Of a DNA stretch of 64,000 nt, positions 1-7,787 are shown piece by piece. Origin of the DNA: an uncultured Gemmatimonadales bacterium (GTDB lineage Bacteria; Gemmatimonadota; Gemmatimonadetes; Gemmatimonadales; GWC2-71-9); contig CAVSLV010000001.1 of NCBI GenBank assembly GCA_963728915.1, positions 64,001-128,000 on the forward strand. The letters run 5' to 3'. The notes beneath the pieces were generated by a model. That model did no database searches. It was not told the DNA's origin and saw only the letters and a program-made list of their open reading frames with translations. Numbering within the stretch: position 1 is the first letter of the stretch; every line of letters starts with the position of its first letter. The position numbers and the translations under genes were made by a program.

Positions 1-755
1 TGTACCCCAACCACCGAGAGCCCCTCGATATAGGGAAGCCCGCCGGCGAGGGTTTTCACGGCGTCATCCCACTGAATGACTCTCCAGACCCGATCGAAGA
101 GATCGCTGGATTCGAGCGGGTCGGTACGGACCGTGGAAGACTCCGCCGGAGCGATCCCGAGATCAACGACGGACGTGGCCAGCTGATTGGCTGGCACCGC
201 CGCGGCCGAGGGGCCGCTCGCCCGCCGGCCGCCCCCACTCGCGGGAGGTTCGGGTTCCGGGATGGGCGCCGGCTTGGCGCTCTCGAGCCTGGCCCGGTCG
301 GAATCCGGGCTCGCCACAGCCAGAATCTTCGGGGCCGGTGCAGCCGGAGGCTGCACTTCGGCGATGGGCGCCGAAGTGCCCGCCGTCCGGTGAGGATCGA
401 GGACGGTTCGTGCCGTCCATCCAATGGCCGTCGCAGCGGCGATCCCCGCTGCCCACAACCCGGCGCGCTCGAATCGCACCCGCCAAACCGCGAACCGGAG
501 CTGACGGCTGCGTCGATCCAGCAGGGATTGAAATGGCGGCGGAACGATGACGGGTCGAGGGCTCAATTGAGCCAGGAGCGCGGTGGTCCGATCGCGCAAC
601 AACGCCACCTCCGCCCGCTGCGCCTGACACTTGGCGCAGTGGGAAAGGTGGGTCTCGATTTCAGCACATTGTGACCTGCTCAGGGCCTGGTCGAAATAGG
701 CGTGATGTTCCTCTTCAGGAACGTGCCGCTCTGACCTGGTGATCCATTCTGTCAT
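1..755 (-). CDS. zf-HC2 (ZAS) anti-sigma factor, membrane anchored; 3' end runs off the window
   Basis: Not in the ORF track because there is no stop in the window. My translation from ATG 755 is MTEWITRSERHVPEEEHHAYFDQALSRSQCAEIETHLSHCAKCQ..., with an HxxxCxxC motif, a hydrophobic segment (AGLWAAGIAAATAIGW) and a Pro/Ala-rich linker. The frame is open to position 1 and overlaps the ECF sigma 3' end. Confidence 0.85.
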   Translation of the reverse strand, partial: MTEWITRSERHVPEEEHHAYFDQALSRSQCAEIETHLSHCAKCQAQRAEVALLRDRTTALLAQLSPRPVIVPPPFQSLLDRRSRQLRFAVWRVRFERAGLWAAGIAAATAIGWTARTVLDPHRTAGTSAPIAEVQPPAAPAPKILAVASPDSDRARLESAKPAPIPEPEPPASGGGRRASGPSAAAVPANQLATSVVDLGIAPAESSTVRTDPLESSDLFDRVWRVIQWDDAVKTLAGGLPYIEGLSVVGV

Positions 756-1224
756 GCGCCTCTATCAGCCGTTTCCGGGCCCGCGCCAGCGTCGTCCCGA
801 CCGCCCCGACGGCAAGCCCCGTATGCGCCGCGATCTCCGGATAGCTGAGCCCCGCGTCCCACAGCAACAACACTTCGCGGTCCCGCTCCGTCAACTCGGC
901 GAGTGCCTCGGTAACCCTCTCCCATCGCTCTTCCCGCTCGACCGCGTCCTCCGCCGAAGGCTCCGGCGTGGAGAGCGGGATCGGGTCATCCTTCAACAGG
1001 GTGAGGTGCTTCTTGCGGCGAATGGCCGCCCGCGCCTCATCCCGTGCCAGATTCGCTGCTACGGCAAAAATCCAGGCCCGTGGCTTCTCGGGCCGGTGGG
1101 CCATGGCGCGGATAAACACTTCCTGCGCCAAGTCTTCCGCGCGGTCCGGGTCCCAGATCTTCCGATACAGGAATCGGACCACTGCTGGATAGTGCGTTTT
1201 GTACAGCCGCTCCAGATCATCCAT
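715..1224 (-). CDS. ECF-family RNA polymerase sigma-70 factor
   Basis: Region 2 (RAEDLAQEVFIRA...WIFAVAANLARDEAR) and region 4 (REVLLLWDAGLSYPEIAAHTGLAVGAVGTTLARARKRL). ATG 1224 follows a purine-rich RBS. Confidence 0.92.
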   Translation of the reverse strand: MDDLERLYKTHYPAVVRFLYRKIWDPDRAEDLAQEVFIRAMAHRPEKPRAWIFAVAANLARDEARAAIRRKKHLTLLKDDPIPLSTPEPSAEDAVEREERWERVTEALAELTERDREVLLLWDAGLSYPEIAAHTGLAVGAVGTTLARARKRLIEAHDRMDHQVRAARS

Positions 1225-1306
1225 TCCTGGTTCCCCCTCCCGCTGCAGCTGTGCAATCCCCGACGCGATAGTGACGTACCGACCGGCCCGGATTTGCACA
1301 CAAGGA

Positions 1307-1451
1307 GGCGGACGGGCGGACAGGCGGACTGGCGGACAGGGCGGACTGGCGGACCGGGTGGACCGGCTGAAGGGGCCGCGGCGTCCGGGTAGTCACATTG
1401 ATGTCCTGCGCCGTTTTGCCGTCCGCCTGCCCGCCTGTCCGCCTGTCCGCC
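1307..1451. repeat. Inverted arrays of the octamer GGCGGAC(N): six copies on + (1307-1355) and four on - (1420-1451)
   Basis: ggcggacg ggcggaca ggcggact ggcggaca g ggcggact ggcggacc ... cgtccgcc tgcccgcc tgtccgcc tgtccgcc. Confidence 0.9.
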
Positions 1452-2223
1452 TGAACACACAGCCCGGGTGCATCAGGTCGTCCGGATCCGGCCAGGCGGA
1501 ACAGAGATCAGGCTTTGCGGGCCGGCCGTCCGGCCGGCTCCGGCCGTGCAGGCCGCAGCCCACCCCGTCGGACATCAGGAAGGCGCAGGCCGAGATCATT
1601 TCGGCCCCCAGAGAATGGGGCCCCTCCCGGTCCACTTTGCAGAGGTAGGGCGGCTTTCGCGAACGGACCAGCGCCTCCAGCATCTCCTGGCGGCTGGTGC
1701 ACATGATCTCGACCTGGAGATCCCGGCAGCAGGCTGCTCCCCGGGTATTGTCCGCAGTCCGACAGGCCGCCGTAGCACAAGGGTTGGCGCTGGCATGCAC
1801 AGGAAGCGTTCGTGGGAGAGCGGGAGGAGCCGGTAGACTCCGGGTCACCACCCGGCCCCGCTCCACGACCCGAAAGCGATCGCCGCCGAACTGGCGCGGC
1901 TCGGCCGGGTCCGGTCCGGTGGGTCCCTTTTTCCGGCGGAAGCCATGGGCCCGACAGGCGTCCACCTTCCCGTCCTGGCGGAGAAAGCGACAGGGAACCT
2001 GCAGGACCGCCTCGTGATAGAGGTCCTTTCTGTCGCGCCGCAGGTCGCCCAGAAACGTGATCCGTCCGGTATGGCCGAGGAGGAAGGTGGCTTCATGGTC
2101 ACCGGAATCGGCCTCCCCGTGCCCTTGTCCTTCCAGGGTGGCGATCCGCAGGGTCACTCTCAACCGGTCGCAGTGAGAGCCCATGGAGCGGCACGGTGGG
2201 GGCGAGGTGGCGGGGGAAGCCAT
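1393..2223 (-). CDS. Cysteine-rich protein (14 Cys in 276 aa), YkgJ/CxxCxxCC cysteine-cluster-like
   Basis: C-terminal part of ORF 1393..2730 from MASPATSPPPC. Motifs PCATAAC...CCRD, CAFL..DG..CGLHG and KPDLCSAWP resemble the YkgJ pattern. Confidence 0.65.
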   Translation of the reverse strand: MASPATSPPPCRSMGSHCDRLRVTLRIATLEGQGHGEADSGDHEATFLLGHTGRITFLGDLRRDRKDLYHEAVLQVPCRFLRQDGKVDACRAHGFRRKKGPTGPDPAEPRQFGGDRFRVVERGRVVTRSLPAPPALPRTLPVHASANPCATAACRTADNTRGAACCRDLQVEIMCTSRQEMLEALVRSRKPPYLCKVDREGPHSLGAEMISACAFLMSDGVGCGLHGRSRPDGRPAKPDLCSAWPDPDDLMHPGCVFRRTGGQAGRRTAKRRRTSM

Positions 2224-2292
2224 TGAGCAAAGATAGGTGATCGGAACGACCCGGTGGTCGTCCCCTAGGACGTCCTGAACGGAGATCCAGCG

Positions 2293-2772
2293 ATGCGATG
2301 GCTCGGGGTTGTGCTCGGTGTGGGGTTCCTGGCCGCCTGTGGGGGAGAAAAGACTCCTGGGGCCACTGGCGATTCGACCGCCACGAGTCGTGATACCACA
2401 ACGGCTCCCGGGCCAGGCGGGGCAGGGGGAGGCGCCGCGCACGACGTGAACATGGTCCAGGAGGGCGCCAGCGACTACAAGTTCGTTCCCAATGACCTCA
2501 ATATCAAAGTGGGCGACCGGATTGTCTTCCACAATGTGAGCGGCTTTCCGCACAACATCTCGTTCTGGCCCGACAGCATTCCCGCGGGCGCACAGCAGGT
2601 GCTCGAGCCCCAGCTTCCCAACCCGATCGGGCCGCTCCAGAGCGAGCTGCTTACCGAAGCGGGCCGGACGGTGACTCTCTCGTTTGCGGGAGCTCCGACC
2701 GGGGTATACAAGTTCTACTGCACTCCCCACCTGGCCATGGGGATGCGGGGAACCATTACGGTCAGCCCGTAG
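2293..2772 (+). CDS. Plastocyanin-like type-1 blue copper lipoprotein (copy 1)
   Basis: Lipobox LAAC, low-complexity linker, Cu ligands PHN and YCTPHLAMGM, and a GGAG RBS upstream. Confidence 0.92.
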   Translation: MRWLGVVLGVGFLAACGGEKTPGATGDSTATSRDTTTAPGPGGAGGGAAHDVNMVQEGASDYKFVPNDLNIKVGDRIVFHNVSGFPHNISFWPDSIPAGAQQVLEPQLPNPIGPLQSELLTEAGRTVTLSFAGAPTGVYKFYCTPHLAMGMRGTITVSP

Positions 2773-2793
2773 ACCGAAGGGCTGATCAGCCTT

Positions 2794-2817
2794 CCGCGGG
2801 CGGGTTTCCGCCCGCGG
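2794..2817 (+). terminator. GC-rich hairpin between the two blue-copper genes (terminator or RNA stabiliser)
   Basis: CCGCGGGCGG-GTTT-CCGCCCGCGG forms a perfect 10-bp stem. There is no strong U-tract. Confidence 0.5.
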
Positions 2818-2919
2818 TGGACTGGTCTTTCCCTAGTCCGGAATCCTTCCCCCTGCTATTTTCGTCCCGTCTTTCCCTGTGACAGTTTTCGATCACTTCC
2901 GGCTTGGAGGCCCTTTGGA

Positions 2920-3384
2920 ATGAGGACGATTTCGGCGATGATTGGTTTGGCGATGATGGTGGCGTGTGGTGGCGAGAAACAGCCCGAGGCGGCCCCCGCC
3001 GATACCACCCAGGCGGCCCCGCCGGCAAGCACTGCCGGGGCCGGTACCACCCATGACGTCAACATGGTCCTCGAGGGCGCATCGACCTACAAGTTCGTGC
3101 CGTCGGACATCACGGTGAAGCCGGGTGACAAGGTGGTGTTTCACAATGTGAGCGGCGGCCCCCATAACGTGGCGTTCTGGGCCGACAGCATCCCTGCCGG
3201 CGCCAAGGAGCTGCTCGAGCCGCAGATGCCCAACCCGATCGGTCCGCTCAGCTCCGAGCTGTTGATCGATCCCGGCGCCACGCTGTCGATCAGCTTTGCC
3301 AACGCCCCCGCCGGCGAGTACCGGTTCACCTGCACTCCCCACCTGGCGATGGGGATGCGCGGGAAGATCACCGTCGCCCCGTAG
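2920..3384 (+). CDS. Plastocyanin-like type-1 blue copper lipoprotein (copy 2)
   Basis: Lipobox MVAC, ligands PHN and FTCTPHLAMGM, and a GGAGG RBS. It is a paralogue of 2293..2772. Confidence 0.92.
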   Translation: MRTISAMIGLAMMVACGGEKQPEAAPADTTQAAPPASTAGAGTTHDVNMVLEGASTYKFVPSDITVKPGDKVVFHNVSGGPHNVAFWADSIPAGAKELLEPQMPNPIGPLSSELLIDPGATLSISFANAPAGEYRFTCTPHLAMGMRGKITVAP

Positions 3385-3404
3385 GGCGCCGGGCGCCGTC
3401 GCTG

Positions 3405-4292
3405 TCAGCGGGCAGGGGCTTCGGTCTCTGCCCGTTTTGCTTGGGAGGCGGGTCGCCGGGCCAGCGCCAGGGTGCCGGCATAGACCAGGAGCGCGAGCAG
3501 CACCCCCGCGATGGCGTCCATGCCGTAATGCATCTGGATGTAGACCACCGCGACGGGGAGGAGCAGCGCCGGGACGAGCAGCACCGCGCCCAGCGCTCGG
3601 GAGCCCCTGAAGCTGACCAGGGCAGCGGTCAGTGCGGCCGCGACATGGGAGGACGGGAAGGCGGCTCCGTACGAGCTTCCCCGCTGAAGCAGACTGTACA
3701 CCAGGTGGGCCGGCAGGTTAGCGGTGAACGCGGCGGAGGGCCTGGGGAATTCGTAGTTCGGCCCGGCCACCGGGTAGAGCAGGAAAATCACGAAGCAGAT
3801 CCCGTAGGTCGCCGAGATCGCGGCAACGGTCCGACGGAGGTTCGGGCGGTCGCCCCTGGCCAGGAACCAGATCGGTCCCGCCGCCACGATGAGGTAGTAG
3901 CTCGCGTAGACCGCGTGCAGAAGCGTGCTCCAGAACTGGCTCGGGTGGTGCCGCCACCAGGTGTGACTCACCTGTTCCCCGAACACCGCGAGCTCCCAGC
4001 GCTGAATGGTCGGCTCATGGGTGGGAATTCCGCCGTGGCCGGTGAGCAGGTCGAGCGCGCCGTAGAAGATCACCACCAGGATGAGCGGGTACACTTCCCG
4101 GAGCCCGCGACCAAACCGCCCTAACCCGGGGCGGGCGAGCAACAGCACCACCACCACCGCGAGTCCGTCGGCCACCAGCGACCACGCCACCCCGGGAATC
4201 CTGCCGATCCGGCCGATGGCCACGAGGGCCGCGATGACCACGTAGGCCAGGACCCCCCAGTCGAGCGCGCGAAGGCGGGGTTCGTCGGTCAT
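3405..4292 (-). CDS. PAP2-superfamily integral membrane protein, AUR1/inositol-phosphorylceramide-synthase-like
   Basis: Multiple TM helices with motifs YPVAGP, GAAFPSSH and VYIQMHYGMD (His-His-Asp). ATGA overlap with the upstream reductase stop. Confidence 0.8.
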   Translation of the reverse strand: MTDEPRLRALDWGVLAYVVIAALVAIGRIGRIPGVAWSLVADGLAVVVVLLLARPGLGRFGRGLREVYPLILVVIFYGALDLLTGHGGIPTHEPTIQRWELAVFGEQVSHTWWRHHPSQFWSTLLHAVYASYYLIVAAGPIWFLARGDRPNLRRTVAAISATYGICFVIFLLYPVAGPNYEFPRPSAAFTANLPAHLVYSLLQRGSSYGAAFPSSHVAAALTAALVSFRGSRALGAVLLVPALLLPVAVVYIQMHYGMDAIAGVLLALLVYAGTLALARRPASQAKRAETEAPAR

Positions 4293-5263
4293 AGCCATCC
4301 TGCCTCCCGATACCACGCCGCCGTTTCCCGGGTCCCCCTCAGCAGGTCATACTGGGCACTCCAGCGGCCTCCGGTCACTTGCTCGAGGGGAGCGGGGTCG
4401 CAGGTCCAGGCCGGCGCGAACAGCTCCTTCCCCTTGTCAGGGGTGAGCAGGGTGGTGCCCCCGGTGAGACGGGCCGCCAGTGCGGACAGCGACAGGGCGG
4501 CGGTGCCCACCCAGAAAGGGAGGGGGAGAATGCGGACCTCGCTTCCCACCGACCGGCCGATGGTCCGGGCCACCTCCCGGCTGGTGACGATCTCCGGGTG
4601 ACTTGGATACCAGGTCCCGCCCAGAGCCCCGTCGCTTCGGGCCAGTGCGAGCATGGCGCGAGTCAGGTCCTTCACGTACACCAGTGAGAGCTCCTGGCCG
4701 CCGTCCCCGAAGACCGGCAGGATCCCGTAACGGGAGGCCTTGAAGAGCCGGAAGAACTCGGCGTCGCGCGGGCCGTACACCGCGGGGGGACGCACGATGA
4801 TCCAGGGGAGTCTTCCCTGCCGGACGACCGCTTCTCCCGCGAGCTTGCTCCGTCCGTATCCGGTGATCGGCTCGGGCGGCTCAGCGTTCCGTCGGCGCCC
4901 CCCGCGGGGAGCCGGTCCTCCCGCCGCCAGGGAGGACACGAACACGAACCGGGCCCGGCCAGCCCGCTCGGCTGCGGCCAGGAGCCGGGCCGAACCGTCC
5001 CGGTTGACGGCGAGGAAGCTCGCTTCGTCCCGGGCCGCCACCAGACCGGCGGAGTGGTAGATCACATCCTGATCCGCCACCGCCCGTTCCAGGACGTCGG
5101 GATCGTCCAGACTCCCCTCGATGACCGTCACGCCCCGCTGGGCCAGCCCGGCCGCTTTGGTCGGGGTTCGGACCAGCACCGTCACCCCGTCGCCTGCCTC
5201 GAGCAGGGTATCGATCAGATGACCGCCCACGAACCCGGTGCCGCCGGTGACCAGCGCCTTCAT
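4289..5263 (-). CDS. NAD-dependent epimerase/dehydratase (extended SDR); candidate ceramide/3-ketosphinganine reductase
   Basis: MKALVTGGTGFVGGH Rossmann motif, YGRSK (YxxxK) and RPPAVYGPRD. ATGA overlap with the GNAT stop. Confidence 0.85.
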   Translation of the reverse strand: MKALVTGGTGFVGGHLIDTLLEAGDGVTVLVRTPTKAAGLAQRGVTVIEGSLDDPDVLERAVADQDVIYHSAGLVAARDEASFLAVNRDGSARLLAAAERAGRARFVFVSSLAAGGPAPRGGRRRNAEPPEPITGYGRSKLAGEAVVRQGRLPWIIVRPPAVYGPRDAEFFRLFKASRYGILPVFGDGGQELSLVYVKDLTRAMLALARSDGALGGTWYPSHPEIVTSREVARTIGRSVGSEVRILPLPFWVGTAALSLSALAARLTGGTTLLTPDKGKELFAPAWTCDPAPLEQVTGGRWSAQYDLLRGTRETAAWYREAGWL

Positions 5264-6384
5264 AACCCGCGGTCGTATAGCCGGTAGGTCTTGTAGACGG
5301 TGAACCCGATCTTGAGCAGGGCGGTGTTCATGACCGGATTGTCCTCCAGGATCCACCCCGCCTCGGCCCAGTGGATCCCCCTGCGGTTTCCGGTCTCCCA
5401 GAGCCAGTGGTAGAGCAGGGCATCGAGGCCCCGGCCCCGATACTCCGGCAGGATGCCCAGGAGGAGGATCCGCATCCGATGAATCCGCCCGGTCTTGAGA
5501 TCGAAGAGGAGCCGGACCAGCCCGGGCAGGAACCGGCCCTGGCGGTTGCGCCGGAAGGAGACGTTCAGGTCGGGAAGGGCCAGGGCGAATCCGATCGGCT
5601 CCCCGTCCTTTTCGAGAAAGGGCGCGAGCTCGGGCGCCACCACCGGCTTGAACTGGGTGGCCAGGTGATCGATCTCGTGGTCGGTGAGGGGGACGAACCC
5701 CCAGTTGCGCTCCCAGCTCCGGTTGTAGAGCCGCTTGATCCGCTCCACTTCCCCGGCGAAGTCCTTGAGATTGAGCTTCCGAAGGGTGAGCCCCATCCGC
5801 TTCCGGATCAACTCCACGCCGCGGGTGAGCCGCTCCGGCGTGGGCCAGGCGCCCTCCATGCTGCCGCCCTGGTAAACCAGGAGGTCCTTGGCCTGGCGGA
5901 ACCCGGCCTGCTCCAGGAGGGCGACGTAGCCTCGCGGGTTATGGGGCATCATGAGGACCGGCGGCGTCTCGAACCCGTCGACCAGGAGCCCGCACTCGTC
6001 GTTGGTGGAGAAGGACGCCGGCCCCCGCATGGTGTCGAACCCCCGGCTCCGGAGCCAGCCCGCCGCCGCTTCCACCAGGGCCCCCGCGATCGCGTGGTCG
6101 GGCTCGGTCTCGAAAAATCCGAAGAAGCCGACCCGGTCGCCATGGAACTCGTTGTGGAGCCGGTTCGCGATCGCCGCGACCCGCCCCACGACGCGGCCTT
6201 CCCGGCGGGCGAGAAAGTACTCCGCCTCGGCGTGCTCGAAGAAGGGATTCTTGCGGGGGGAGAGCAGGATGTCGACGTCCCGCCGGAGGGGCGGGGCCCA
6301 GAGCGGGTCGTTGGCGTACAACCGGTAGGGCAGGTCGATGAAACGGCGAAGATCAGCAGGGGAGCGGACCGCTTCGATGCGCAC
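5260..6384 (-). CDS. Tandem GNAT-fold acyltransferase; candidate bacterial ceramide synthase (bCerS-like)
   Basis: GTG 6384 start, VRIEAVRSPADLRRFIDLPYRLY..DPLW.PPL; also GFFGFFE, MRGP, PHNPRGY, NWGFVP, LGILPEYRGRGL and WILEDNPVM. Confidence 0.8.
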   Translation of the reverse strand: MRIEAVRSPADLRRFIDLPYRLYANDPLWAPPLRRDVDILLSPRKNPFFEHAEAEYFLARREGRVVGRVAAIANRLHNEFHGDRVGFFGFFETEPDHAIAGALVEAAAGWLRSRGFDTMRGPASFSTNDECGLLVDGFETPPVLMMPHNPRGYVALLEQAGFRQAKDLLVYQGGSMEGAWPTPERLTRGVELIRKRMGLTLRKLNLKDFAGEVERIKRLYNRSWERNWGFVPLTDHEIDHLATQFKPVVAPELAPFLEKDGEPIGFALALPDLNVSFRRNRQGRFLPGLVRLLFDLKTGRIHRMRILLLGILPEYRGRGLDALLYHWLWETGNRRGIHWAEAGWILEDNPVMNTALLKIGFTVYKTYRLYDRGL

Positions 6385-6416
6385 TGACCGCCGGTCCGCC
6401 GGTCCGCTCGTCCGGG
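6385..6416 (-). repeat. GGCGGACC-type octamer copies filling the spt-GNAT intergenic gap
   Basis: The minus strand reads cccggacg agcggacc ggcggacc ggcggtca, the same unit as 1307-1451. Confidence 0.7.
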
Positions 6417-7667
6417 TCAGATGACTCCGAGCTGCTTTCCGATGGCCCCGATCGTCTCGACCGCGAAATCGATCTGGTCGGCGGTGTGGGTCGCCATGAC
6501 GCTGGTCCGGAGCCGGCACATCGACGGCGGCACCGCGGGGGGCACCACCGGGTTGGTGAAGATGCCGGCGTCGAAGACCTGGCGCCACATGATGAGGGTG
6601 CGTTCCAGGGGGCCGATCAGGATCGGCACGATGGGGGTCTCGGAGGGGCCGGTATCGAACCCTAACGCGCGGAATCCCTCGAGCAGGCGCCGGGTATTGG
6701 CCCAGAGCTGTTCCCGTCGTTCCCGGTCTTCCTGGAGCACCTGGAGCGCCGCCAGCACCCCGGCCGTGTTGGCCGGCGGCAACGAGGCCGTGAAGATCAG
6801 GGCCCGGCTGTGGTGACGCAGGTAGTTGATGATGGAGCGCGACGCGGTGACGAACCCTCCGATCGAGGCGAGGGACTTGGAGAAGGTCCCCGCGATGATG
6901 TCCACTTCATCGCTCAGGCCGAAGTGCGCGGCGGTGCCATCGCCCCGGGGGCCCAGCACCCCGATCGAATGGGCGTCGTCGATCGCCAGGGCGGCGCCGT
7001 GTTTCCGGCACACCTTCAGGAGGCCGGGCACTTCGGCGATGTCCCCCTCCATCGAGTAGATGCCGTCCACGATCACCATCTTGCCGGCATCCGGGTGTTC
7101 CTCGAGCTTCCGGTCCAGGGCGGCCAGGTCACCGTGGTTGAAGCGAATGGTCTGCCCGTCCGACATCTTGGCGCCATCCACGATCGACGCGTGGTCGAGC
7201 TTGTCGAGGAACACCACGTCCTTCCGTCCGATCAATCCGGAGATGAGCCCCACGTTGGCGTTGTAGCCGGTGGAGAAGACGATGCAGTCTTCCTTGCCGA
7301 GAAAGTCGGCGAGCGCCGCTTCGAGCTGGAGGTGCAGATCGAGGGTGCCGTTCAGGAAACGGCTGCCGGTACAGCCCGAGCCGTAGCGATCCAGCGCGGC
7401 GTGGGCGGCCTCCAGCACCAGGGGATGATGGGTGAGGCCGAGGTAGTTGTTCGAGCCCAGCATGATCCGGCGCTGGCCCTCGATGACGACGACGGTGTCT
7501 TCGGATTCGGAGATCGGCCGGAAATACGGATACAACCCGGCGGCCTTGACCTCATCGGCGCGGGTGTACTGCCGACACTTTTCGAAGAGCGCGATGTCGG
7601 TGTGGACGGCCTTGGTCGGCACGTAACCTCGGGTCGAGGAAAGGGGATGGGCGCCTGTCATCCCCAT
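6417..7667 (-). CDS. spt: PLP-dependent alpha-oxoamine synthase, most likely serine palmitoyltransferase
   Basis: GLYPYFR, GSNNYLGL, GCTGSRFLNGTLDLH, DHASIVDG, DDAHSIG, PLP-lysine motif GTFSKSLASIGG and IFTASLPPA are typical of bacterial SPTs rather than BioF/Kbl. The exact start (7667 or 7661) is uncertain. Confidence 0.8.
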   Translation of the reverse strand: MGMTGAHPLSSTRGYVPTKAVHTDIALFEKCRQYTRADEVKAAGLYPYFRPISESEDTVVVIEGQRRIMLGSNNYLGLTHHPLVLEAAHAALDRYGSGCTGSRFLNGTLDLHLQLEAALADFLGKEDCIVFSTGYNANVGLISGLIGRKDVVFLDKLDHASIVDGAKMSDGQTIRFNHGDLAALDRKLEEHPDAGKMVIVDGIYSMEGDIAEVPGLLKVCRKHGAALAIDDAHSIGVLGPRGDGTAAHFGLSDEVDIIAGTFSKSLASIGGFVTASRSIINYLRHHSRALIFTASLPPANTAGVLAALQVLQEDRERREQLWANTRRLLEGFRALGFDTGPSETPIVPILIGPLERTLIMWRQVFDAGIFTNPVVPPAVPPSMCRLRTSVMATHTADQIDFAVETIGAIGKQLGVI

Positions 7668-7682
7668 GCGGGATAACGGGTT

Positions 7683-7711
7683 AAAGTAAGATCACGAGGG
7701 TACCGGGACAA
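7683..7711 (-). promoter_or_regulatory. Putative sigma-70 promoter of the spt operon
   Basis: Minus strand TTGTCC-N17-TACTTT, ending 15 nt before the ATG at 7667. Confidence 0.5.
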
Positions 7712-7787
7712 GCGCGTGTCTCAATTCTGTGCGTGCAGAGGCCTCCGGTCAACCGGTGCCCCAAGTTAGATTGGTACGGTTGCTTTC

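Noticed and set aside
1307..1451. Possible CRISPR array
   Set aside because: The units are 8 nt with no unique spacers, and there are no cas genes in the window.
6417..7667. Annotation as bioF or kbl
   Set aside because: The PLP-lysine motif GTFSKSL and the GNAT/reductase/PAP2 context fit SPT better, and there are no bio or tdh genes nearby. Not fully excluded without a phylogeny.
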